A DNA stretch of 64,000 bases, taken from Selaginella moellendorffii (taxonomy: Eukaryota > Plantae > Lycopodiophyta). Each line of letters begins with the position of its first letter. Positions within the stretch are counted from its first letter, which is position 1. The DNA is taken from NCBI RefSeq assembly GCF_000143415.4, contig NW_003314386.1, positions 274,791 to 338,790 of the forward strand, in the 5' to 3' direction. The notes beneath the pieces are model-generated. The model had not been told where the DNA came from and did not search any database. It worked only from the letters and a program-made list of their open reading frames with translations. A program made the translations under genes and the position numbers. Shown here piece after piece: positions 12,007 to 21,618 of this stretch.

Positions 12007-13902
12007 ATGGGTGCTGTGTTGCTCGCAACTCTGGAGCAGTTCACCACGAACTTGGGAAAGTTGACATTCCTGTGGGCGACTGTGGTTCTCCTGGGGGGAT
12101 TCGTGACCGCTATGGACAAAAACGACTTCTACTTCATCACAGTCCTGCTCGTCAGCTATGGTATCCGGAGCTTCCGCTTCCTCAACCTGACCAAAGGCTT
12201 CAAGAAACCAAAGGTGGTCTCCCGCATCCAGGCACTCTTCATCGTTCTCTTCGTACTCACCACCATCGTCCTGGTAATCCTCTGGGACGTCGGCCTCACC
12301 ATCTTCGTGATCCTCCTGCTGGTGCTCAGCCTTCTCGCATTCGGGTACAGTGCTGGTTCCGAGCGCTCGTTCGTCCTCATCTACAACACGGCCCTGTACA
12401 ACGCTGAGATCTTTCTGGCTCTCCTCAACCTGGGAGCCTCGATCCACTGGCTACGACCACCGCACTACAAGTATCCAAAGTCGAACGAGTTCGTGGCAAT
12501 GCTCTGCTTCTTCTCGATCGTTATCGCCGAATCGAGCTTGTTCTTGTGCAACCGAAGCTGCTGGCAGATCATATCAGTGAGGTACAAGCTGCGAAAGAAG
12601 AACAACAGGAACCGACCGAGATTTATTCTGGAAACAAAGTTCAAATTCTTCGTTGCCGTGTACGAGACGACGCTGAGAGATGGAGCCATCAAGGGGCTGA
12701 GGATGAACTTGGTCGACTACGTCGCGAACGAGTTCTTGGAATCGAGAGGCAACCGGGAGCTGAGGAAGAGCTTGCTGATGCTGGATGCGGTGTGCCACTC
12801 GGAAGAAGAAAATCAGAGAAAGCAAAGTGGGAAGCTCCTCTTGGCATTTAAGCGTGAAGTTGTGGAGCGGCTGTTCGAGTGCATGGGCCACAAGTACTAT
12901 CTCACGTATAGGCGAACGGCGATTTCCCTAGTGGCCGAGATCTGCAAGGACGAGAACGCGTTCTTCGCTGTGGCACAAGTTGTCCAGGCCAGCGACACAG
13001 GCATCTCGCTTCTGGTGAAAGCGCTAGAGCCGGATACCAACAAGTCAGTGCTGGCGCTGCTAGGAAAGCTTGCGGCATTTGGAAAGATTGCCAATCCGAG
13101 TGTGATCCCGGACTTTGATTTTGCTCTAGGGGATACGCAAAAGAAGTGGAAGGATTCTCTCCGCCATACCTTCAATGGCGATGGAGATGATCCAGCCAGG
13201 GTCGATGTCGAGCCAGAGATCCAGAGCTCCAGGCAGAAGATCGCAAAGAATTTGAGGACGCTACTAAGAAAGAATCACGACTTGACAAGGTACCTGGCGA
13301 ATGCTCTCTTTTGTTCCTCCCAGGAGCTCCAGGAGCTAGCTCTAGACGCTCTCGCGGCATTGGTAGCCTATGATCCCAGCGATGGTGATCTTCTCCCTGG
13401 TTACAAGAGCGCCATCCATGGATTGTTCCATCTCGTCCGTGCCTGCGAAGCTGATCTGCGAGGAAGAAAATCGGCAGGGGTGCTGGATCTTCTCTGCCGC
13501 AAGAATCGCCAGTACCTTGAAACGCTGCTCGATGGAAGCGGCAGTAGCAGTGACGATGTTATAGCAGTTCTCATGAGCGCGCTCTCCTTTGGTTTGGACC
13601 ATCACGATGGCGAGAGGAGCAAGCATGCAATGTCGATTCTGTGCAGCCTCCACGATCAGAAGCTATTGAGCGAGGAGCAGGAGAAAGCGCTGGACATTGC
13701 AAAGATCGTGGACATGGTGACCACTATGACGAGCTCAAGACCAAGTGGCCATGGCTTGACTGGGGAGAGCTCGATCACCCAACCCATGGAAGGGATTGGT
13801 CTGGCATTAGAAGTAGCCGAGCTTTGGGTTTTAGCTGCTTGGCCATCACAATGCTCATCAGCTGTTCCGACGGCATCACGGATTCACAATCAACCAAGGT
13901 AA
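12007..13902 (+). CDS. BLE2-like / ARM-repeat-superfamily multi-TM protein, copy A (631 aa, intact)
   Basis: LEQFTTNLGKLTFLWATVVLLGGFV...DFYFITVLLV, FFSIVIAESSLFL, FF..YETTLRDGAIKGLRMNLVDY match the plant family of rice BLE2 / Arabidopsis At3g06210, At5g18980 (WATVVLLGGF signature). N-terminal TM helices, then helical repeats. Confidence 0.85.
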   Translation: MGAVLLATLEQFTTNLGKLTFLWATVVLLGGFVTAMDKNDFYFITVLLVSYGIRSFRFLNLTKGFKKPKVVSRIQALFIVLFVLTTIVLVILWDVGLTIFVILLLVLSLLAFGYSAGSERSFVLIYNTALYNAEIFLALLNLGASIHWLRPPHYKYPKSNEFVAMLCFFSIVIAESSLFLCNRSCWQIISVRYKLRKKNNRNRPRFILETKFKFFVAVYETTLRDGAIKGLRMNLVDYVANEFLESRGNRELRKSLLMLDAVCHSEEENQRKQSGKLLLAFKREVVERLFECMGHKYYLTYRRTAISLVAEICKDENAFFAVAQVVQASDTGISLLVKALEPDTNKSVLALLGKLAAFGKIANPSVIPDFDFALGDTQKKWKDSLRHTFNGDGDDPARVDVEPEIQSSRQKIAKNLRTLLRKNHDLTRYLANALFCSSQELQELALDALAALVAYDPSDGDLLPGYKSAIHGLFHLVRACEADLRGRKSAGVLDLLCRKNRQYLETLLDGSGSSSDDVIAVLMSALSFGLDHHDGERSKHAMSILCSLHDQKLLSEEQEKALDIAKIVDMVTTMTSSRPSGHGLTGESSITQPMEGIGLALEVAELWVLAAWPSQCSSAVPTASRIHNQPR

Positions 13903-14176
13903 CGTACCCCTCTTTTCAACTCAGAATTTGGGCTCCTCAAGATCCCGCACTTACCATGGTAAGAAACAAAGAACCATAGAAAACTTACTTTCTCGCAATC
14001 TCGTGCATTGCTTCAGAAGAGACCCACTAGTGCTCATAGTGGTGGAGGAATGAGAGTAAATCCCATTGGCATGATCTAGAAACATTCTTCGTTAGATGTT
14101 AAGACACCTTAGTCTTTCCAATTGTCCGATTATTCTTGTGGTGTTCTGTGTGAGAGCTGCTTCTTCCTCCTTTCTT

Positions 14177-16507
14177 TCAATCGTCCAAGCTATCCATCAG
14201 CTCCGCCACTTCCGATTTGAGGTGAGTGTACTTTTGCTCGTGGGGAGCGAGGCGTGAATCGATCTCCTTGCTGCTCATCTTCCTCTCGTACAAATCCACC
14301 GTGAGATTCAGCTTCTGGAGAAGCCTCTCGTGCTTCTCTTTCTCTTTCGTGATCAAGGCCTCCACCTGTAATGATCCTCAATTAGCAAACAAACGAATGG
14401 AAAGAAAAAAAACGTACCTTTGAGTTGACACTTGACGAGCGTGAAGTTGCTTGCAACGCTTCGTGAATGGCTTTCACTTCCTTGGACAGCGTTGCATCTA
14501 CTAGTTTTTTGCTGGCTTTGCAAGGAGCAACGTCGCCGGTACGGGCGAGGTCACGCAATGCTGCCTCGAGCTTCTCAGCCTCGAAGAGCCGTCGTTTCAT
14601 GAGCTTTTGGAAGCGTTGCAGAAGATCAAGGACCTAGTCACAGCAGATATTTATCGGTCAGAAAAAGAAAAGAAAAGAGAGGACTCTTAGATATATGCTC
14701 ACCTCCTCTTGCTGGAGACGAGCTTGGTAAGCGGCAGAGGACTTCGATATTGGAAAATCGAAGTGCAAGTACGCCATGCAAGCTAAGAAGAAGCAGAAGA
14801 AGCCGAAAATGAGCATCAGTGGTTCCGCAAGCATGGCCAGAGGATTAAATTTGTATTTGACCTGCAGGGATGATATCATTTTCTCAAGTTTTTCCGTCTG
14901 TGAAGACCTCATACCTGAAACGGTACATTGTGCTCGGCGACAACATTTTTCTTCGTGAGGACGACGACTTTACGACCAACTGTATCTAAGTAGCTATGTT
15001 TCACCTGGAAAAAACAGCCACCCTGTTAAACATCAACTAAACTGGAGCAAGTTATATACCTCCTGATGTTGCTCATCCAAAGCTAATGGTGCTTCCACAC
15101 TGGGATCTCTTGATCCCTCGGGCAGAACAACCTGAAACCATTGCGTTAGCAGCTCAACATGAACAAAATAGTAAGTTTAAGTACCTTTGTTGTAATCTTC
15201 TCCACAACTACGTCGACAAGAGGACTACCGAAGGTAAAGTTAAGGTAGCGGCTTCCATCAGGAGCCAAAAACACAAAATCTTGGAGAGGGACACTGTATC
15301 CCAAAGTAAACTTCACTTGCCAGCCTCCAAAAAGCGGATATCTTGGCTCAAACTCAACTATCGTCTGCCAAGATCAAACAATCATACACTCGAAAACACG
15401 AGAGGAAAGAATTCGAAATACTTACTCTTTTAGGCTCGTTCCTGACATGAGAAGTAGAAATGTTTCCAATCTCATCACGATAGTAGATCGAGTGTGCCCG
15501 TGGGGGCAAGATCGCGGCAAGATAGCGAAAGGCAGAAACACCATTTCCTTTAGCCTGATAATCTAGCCTGCAAAAGTTCAGTTAGTCCAATAATCACTGA
15601 GGAAAATGAATAATTTACAGACTAACCTGGAAAATCCACCTTTCAGACGCGCTCCAGTATGCTTGAGGTGATAGTTCTCGGTAGCATACACGTTCCCCCA
15701 GTGCGAGATCTCGATCTCCTGCTCAAGTGTTTCCACTACTGCAAACGGCCGATTGTTCTCAAACTGGAGCGTCACAGGTGCTTGGCTGAGGGGCGAAACG
15801 TTCTCGTAAGGTCCATACTTGATCTCCTTGTCTCCCAACTTGGTCGGCTCCACTTTGGTATAGGACTCCACACGGCTGCCTGGAAGCTTGAAGAAAGTTG
15901 TCTGGAACTTCACCAGATATGGAGAAAGCACGTATGCCGAGTCGTGGTATAGCACGAGCTGTGTCTCGGACTGACGAATCTCTCGTGGGAAGGGCGTCAG
16001 CGTATGTGTAAGCGCGTACTGGACATCGATGGTCGCTGCCTGGCCTTGCTCTAGAGATTTCTCTAGAGAGATTTCGAAGTAGACAGCATCGGAGCTCGGA
16101 TCTTCCTTCTTCTCGACTTCTTTCACGGTTAGAGGCGCGGATTGTGTCCTCGACTTGCCTTTCACTGACACAGACGCGGCCGAGATATATGCGAGATGGT
16201 CGAATTGATCCTTGGAAAGCGCAAACAAGAACTTGGTCGCTGGATCGGATCCGGAATTTTCGATCTGGAAATGGAAGCGAGATTTACCAGGGATGACTGA
16301 GAATGAAATTACCTTGAAAGAAACGAGGGTTCTTGCCACTTGCGATGTCAGATCGACCTGCGAAACTCCCGATCAAAAGATTTCGAGAGAAATGCGGCAA
16401 CATACCCGACGATCAAGCTTGGCGACCACTAAATCTTCAGCCAAGGCAGCGCCGGTGAGGATCCACAGTGCCAGGCAGCCGATCAGGCACAGCGACGAAG
16501 CCGCCAT
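14177..16507 (-). CDS. OST1: Ribophorin I / oligosaccharyltransferase subunit 1 (multi-exon)
   Basis: Signal peptide MAASSLCLIGCLALWILTGAALA; PFPREIRQSETQLV, KYGPYEN, EIEISHWGN, YYRDEIGNISTS, SYLDTVGR, TM EPLMLIFGFFCFF, coiled-coil tail ending LMDSLDD*; short GT-AG introns. Confidence 0.95.
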
Positions 16508-16509
16508 CA

Positions 16510-16541
16510 AAACCCTAGTGACCTAAGCCCAAGAACCCTAA
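16510..16541. promoter_or_regulatory. Telo-box-like motifs (AAACCCTAG, GAACCCTAA) immediately upstream of OST1
   Basis: Two A(A/G)ACCCTA motifs 3-34 bp before the ATG. Similar motifs at ~17391-17398 and ~17451-17459 between the divergent LBD and PPR genes. Confidence 0.5.
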
Positions 16542-16587
16542 TTTCATTCACTGTAAGATATGTAAAAAATGGAACAATTCTCTAGCC

Positions 16588-17150
16588 CTAATTTTCGAGC
16601 AGCGATCCCGCCGAGAAGCCATCATGCGCTGCCGCTGATCCGATCGGTGGCCTGTAGTTCTGGTGATTGATTTCTGGCGACGATGGCGCTGGGGGCGATA
16701 GATGCGAGGGGGATTTGCAGTGCTGCCCTAGGGCGATCGTCGTGGAGGCGTGCTGCATTCGCATACACACGATCTCGGCCTGGGATACCGCGAGCTGTGC
16801 CTGGAGCTGGGCAACTTGTTGCTGGAGCGCCGAGATTGCGCCTACGCAGCCATAGACAGGGTCCCGGATCCGCGAATTCGCCTCGTATACCATGCTGTTC
16901 ACAGCGTCTGCCCGCTGGTACACTGGAAGATCCTGGAGAGAGAGAAGGAGGAGCTCGATTGATCGATTCAAAGGGGCTTTCTTACCTGGAGCATCTTGTT
17001 CACATTGCTGGCGCCAAAGACTTTGTGGACGTAGGCGAATTTCTGGGGCTCGTCCGGCGGGAAGAATGGGGCGAAGATGCAATCCTTGGCGCAGCGCCTC
17101 CTCAGAAGCTTGCAAGCGGCGCACGGCGACATCCCTCCAGCTCCTGGCAT
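16588..17150 (-). CDS. LBD: LOB-domain (AS2/LBD) transcription factor, class I; 2 exons (17150-16986, 16932-16588)
   Basis: CAACKLLRRRCAKDC C-motif, FAYVHKVFGASNV GAS block, RIRDPVYGCVG, leucine zipper LQQQVAQLQAQL; 53-nt GT-AG intron at the conserved KMLQ|D position. Confidence 0.95.
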
Positions 17151-17459
17151 GATCAAACCCGGATCGATGACCGACTGGAGGGATTTCTTCTTTTCTTTGG
17201 CGAGATCAAGCAAAGGAGAGATCTTCTCCGCGAGAATTCGTTGCTTGTTTGCGCTGTCTGGGAGCGAATGAATGAAGGGGGCATTAGGTATGTGATCTTC
17301 CCCATCACCGCGTGGACTTAATTTGTAACCACCGATCGTGGCGGTCTCCGGAATTGGAAACTTGCGAGTAAATTTGCTCGTTATCGCAAGAACCCTAAAA
17401 AGCAGAGCCCGCTCTTTTTCAAAATATGGCGGGAAATTTAAAAGTTTCTTTTAGGGTTT

Positions 17460-18974
17460 ATGGGCGAGGGCCTCAAGGCGAGGCTGTTCGATGTCGTCAA
17501 GGCGTGTGGAATCTCCGGCAATCTCTTCAAATGCCGCGAGGCGCATCGCGAGCTGCTGGCCACGGATTACTGCCGCGATCGATTCTTCGCGAATTTGCTT
17601 GTGGAGATGTATGGCAAGTGTGGATCCGTGGGCGAGGCGGCGGCGGTCTTCTCCACGATCGATCGCCCCAATGTCTTCTCCTGGAACATCCTCCTCTCGG
17701 CATTTGCCCGGAATGGTCATCTGGAAGGGGCGCGGCGGACATTCGATGGCGCCACCGCCAGGAACGTGATCACCTGGAGCGAGATGATCACAGCCTACTG
17801 CTCCCATTCCAAGATCCACGAGGCGCTGGGGATGTTCCACCGGATCCCCCAGCGAAACATCGTCGCCTGGACAGCGATCCTCCAGGGATGTGCCAAAGCC
17901 GGGCGATTGGCCGATTCCGAGCGCGTCTTCTACTCGATCCCCCACAGCGAGTGCGATGTCATCACTCTCACGGCGATGTTCACGGCTTACGCGAGCGGCG
18001 GCCAGATCGATCGAGCGCGCGCCATGTTTGACGCGATCCCGATTCCGGAGAGGGATATCACGGCCTGGAACGCGATGATCCACGCTTACGTTCAGAATGG
18101 CATGGCGATGGAGGGCCAGGATCTCTTCCACGCCATGCCCAAAAGGGATAGATTCTCTTGGAGCCTCATTGTGTCGGGATGCTCGCAATTAGATACCGTT
18201 AGGGCAACCGAATACTATGCCAAAATGCCACATCGTGACATAGTCTCTGGAAACGCGATACTTACCGCAAATGCCGAGTTAGGGCATGTGTTACTCGCAA
18301 GAGATACCTTTAACTCCATGCCCGCTAGAGACGATGTAACGTGGAATAGCATAATTACCACGTATGCCAAGTCTCGCCAAAGTCACACAGCAAAGTTACT
18401 GTTTAACAAAATGCCCTGTTGGCATGTTGTGTCGTGGAACTCGCTAATAACAGGATATACCCTGGAAGGGCATTTGCTGGACGCTCGCGAGCTCTTCGAT
18501 ATTCTGCCCGTCAAGGACGTGGCGGCGTGGTCGAATATCCTTCAAGGATACGCCCACGCCGGGCGATTCACCGAGGTTTTAGGGCTCTTCCGGGGGATGG
18601 ATCTCGAGGGCACCGCGTCGGACGAGATCAGCTTCCTTGTAGTGCTCAGCGCTTGCGCCCACGCCGGCCTGATTGACGAGTGCTGGCGCTACTTCACATC
18701 GGTGGAGGAGGATCGGGGATTGCGCCACACGCTGGAGCATTTCGGGTGTATGATCGATGTGCTTGGCAGAATGGGGCATCTGGACGACGCCGCGGAGCTC
18801 ATCGCCGCCATGCCCTTCGTTCCTGGGGACATCGAGTGGACATCGCTGCTCAGCGCTTGCCGCGTCCACGGCGATGTTGATCTGGGAGCGCGATGTGCGG
18901 TCCAATCCTCGGATTGCGATCCCGAGCAAGCGACGCCTTACGTGCTCCTCTCCAACGCCTTCTGCCCGGAGTGA
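17460..18974 (+). CDS. PLS-class pentatricopeptide repeat protein with E domain, no DYW (504 aa)
   Basis: NLLVEMYGKCG, repeated ~31-aa (S)W(N/T)A motifs, DEISFLVVLSACAHAG, HFGCMIDVLGRMGHL, WTSLLSACRVHGD, ending PYVLLSNAFCPE*; single exon. Confidence 0.93.
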   Translation: MGEGLKARLFDVVKACGISGNLFKCREAHRELLATDYCRDRFFANLLVEMYGKCGSVGEAAAVFSTIDRPNVFSWNILLSAFARNGHLEGARRTFDGATARNVITWSEMITAYCSHSKIHEALGMFHRIPQRNIVAWTAILQGCAKAGRLADSERVFYSIPHSECDVITLTAMFTAYASGGQIDRARAMFDAIPIPERDITAWNAMIHAYVQNGMAMEGQDLFHAMPKRDRFSWSLIVSGCSQLDTVRATEYYAKMPHRDIVSGNAILTANAELGHVLLARDTFNSMPARDDVTWNSIITTYAKSRQSHTAKLLFNKMPCWHVVSWNSLITGYTLEGHLLDARELFDILPVKDVAAWSNILQGYAHAGRFTEVLGLFRGMDLEGTASDEISFLVVLSACAHAGLIDECWRYFTSVEEDRGLRHTLEHFGCMIDVLGRMGHLDDAAELIAAMPFVPGDIEWTSLLSACRVHGDVDLGARCAVQSSDCDPEQATPYVLLSNAFCPE

Positions 18975-19241
18975 TCCATCTATCCATCGATCGATCCCGG
19001 GAATATTCTCTGGAAGGGATTGATCACGAGTGGGTTCTTGCTGGCAAGCCAAGAAAGGACGCACAGGAGAGAGAAAGAGGTCTAGGGTTTTTAGGTGTCT
19101 CTCTCTCGCGGCAGCTGGATCCGGTGGCGCTAGGCGGCGATGCGGGGCTACATTGCGAGATCTCGGCATTGTGACGGGCGCTGGAGCGGGATTTCGCGAA
19201 ATGCGAGCCGGATTCGTGAAATGTGAGTCCAGGGAAGGGAA

Positions 19242-21381
19242 ATGGGAGGGAGCTCCCCGCACTGTGGAGCGCCTGGCAGGGAAGGGACGGCCTTCACCGG
19301 GCCATCGGGGAATTCTAGAGCAGGGAATGCGTCCAAGCGGTGGCTGCCCCAGAATGGAGGCGCTAGGAATGGCAATGCGTTCCAGCTCCAGCCTTCCCAG
19401 GTGGTCGTGAATGTTCGCGGTGGCGGCGCCGCTCATGGATTTTCCAAGGCGAGCAAGAGGGAGTGTGGGGAATGTTTTCCAGTGAAAGGCAAAGTTTTGG
19501 CTTCCAGGATTGTCATCACTGCGGTAGTGTTATGGCTGGTTTTCCAGTCGGTGCTGCTGTTAGAAGGGATCGTCACCAAGCGTTCCGAGATGAATCTTCC
19601 CGGTGGAGCTGACGATTTACAGCAGAATTTTCTCAATGGTTCTAGAGTTGCCCGAACGCGTCCATCTGGCTTGGAGCAAAGAACTTTAGCTAATGACGAG
19701 CAAGGAGCCTCCGCAAAAATTAACAGTTCTATTGCCAACTTTGAAGACTACGAAGAAAATCTGGAAGGAGAAGTGGCTGTGGAGCGAGATCTGCATGCGA
19801 TTGAAGACGTGGAGAGAATAGAAGAGGAGGAGGTATACCATCAGTGTGATGCTCCTTTCATTGTTCTCATTCCTTCTTTCTCCTTTTTCATCAGCTGGAT
19901 GAGAGAAAAGAACAAGCCCAAGCGACTTTTGAGGATGTGAACCGAGGCGTGAAAAGAGCCGAAAGGGAGAAGTTTGAGAATCACGAACGTGACGATGGGG
20001 AGCTTGAGCGCACTGGGCAGCCGCTATGCATTTACGAAACTTACGACGGAAACAGCGGCTGGGCTTCCCTCCATCAGAATTATCCTCTGTACCGTGGTCT
20101 TAGTCTGGTAAGCTCGTGTTGTGCTTGAAGTTCTCATCACCTCCACTTTGATGCAGTCACCGAGGGGAAGGAGACCAAGGGTCGACGACATTGATGCTGC
20201 ATCACGCCTTGTGCTTTTAAACGACACTTTCTACCGCGATAGCTTTTGCGATTTTGGTGGATTTCTCGCAATCGCTAACAGGATTGATCGAGTGCATAAG
20301 AACTCGTGGATTGGATTTCAACCCTCGCTAGCTGCTACCGAAAGAGTAAGAAATTGCGGATTGACGGTGGATACGATCTTAAATTTTTCTTTCCTCAGGT
20401 TGCTCTGTCGCCAAAAGCTGAAAACTCTTTAGCCGATGCTGTGAGGGTCGGTATTCATGGCGATGCCGTTTATTTCTGGGCTGGCAAGTCGGAAGATTTC
20501 TGGACTTCTTGCGATGCAAGCAATGCTGGAAACTGCAGGTATGTGTCGAGACAAAGTTTGTCAAGGCCAACGGTGTTCATTCCAGGCGGATTTTCATGGA
20601 GACATTCAAGACAATGTTCGGCTTAAACAAAGACCAACTGGAGCTTCCAACGATGCCATCTGGTGTCTGGTCTAGCAAGCATTGCTGGGCTATGTCTACC
20701 TCATCTTTCGTGGAGTTCGTCATGTTTTCCCGGTCTGTTGCAGTTTGTTGCACATACTCCAACGAAATATCTTCTTAACTGGTTATCTTGTCTTAGGATG
20801 TTCGTGGACGCTCTCGATTCTCGGCTCTACATTGAACATCACGACCATGGAAACTGTCCTCTTGCAACCACACAACTGGAGGTATGGTACAACCTCGAAT
20901 TCTTTTGGCTGTGAGTTCTAAATACTAAATCTCTTAGGCTCAACACTGCTACTGCCGTCTACTTGAGGTCCTGGTGAACGTTTGGGCGTATCACAGTGCC
21001 AGGAGACTCATCTACGTGGATCCTGAGACGGGTATAATGATGGAGCAGAACGCTCTCGAGAGCCGACGCGGGCAGATGAAAGTCAAGTGGTTCAGCTTTA
21101 GCGTGCTCAAGGGAATGGACGAAGACATGGCCGAGAAAGTTGACGACGAGCATCCTACGTACCGGTGGCTCTGGCCACACACGGGAGAAGTGTTCTGGCA
21201 GGGAATCTTGGAGAGGGAGAGGCAGGAGAGATACAACATGAAGTTGGAAAGGAAGCGCAGGAACAAGGAGAGGCTGGCTAGAATGCGCAGCCGCTACAAG
21301 CAGAAGTCTCTGGGCCGCTATGTGAAGCCACCACCGGAAGAGACGGAGCAAGATCAAGCTGTGAATACTGCTGCTCGGTGA
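19242..21381 (+). CDS. BUP/At5g04480/At4g01210-like Golgi glycosyltransferase-family protein lacking the central GT domain; 7 exons
   Basis: Exon 1 has a type II TM (IVITAVVLWLVFQSVLLL). An in-frame intron 19833-19894 joins it to ELERTGQPLCIYE, LYRGLSL, DDIDAASRL, IANRIDRVHKNSWIGFQ, FWTSCD, FVEFVMFSRMFVDALD, HCYCRLLEVLVNVWAYHSARR, RWLWPHTGEVFWQG, the conserved C-terminal region of that family. Start codon is tentative. Confidence 0.8.
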
Positions 21382-21618
21382 ACAGATTCTTGGGTGATTG
21401 TTTTGAGAGCCAGGAGAGCTCTTTCGACGCGAATTGTAGTATCAAGAGGTAAACTTTTTAGTGTACATATTCAGTGTCATTGCTACTAATGAGATTTTCC
21501 AGCGTGATGATTCTTGGAAGCTGCAAATGGCCAAAGTTTTTACTAGCGCTGAAGAATCCGATCAAAACTCGCTTGAGTGAAGAACAGGCAGGAGCAAAAC
21601 AGGGGAAATTGATTTATT

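Noticed and set aside
17426-19436. Long alternative-frame and antisense ORFs over the PPR gene
   Set aside because: Shadow ORFs expected in GC-rich coding DNA; no recognisable motifs.
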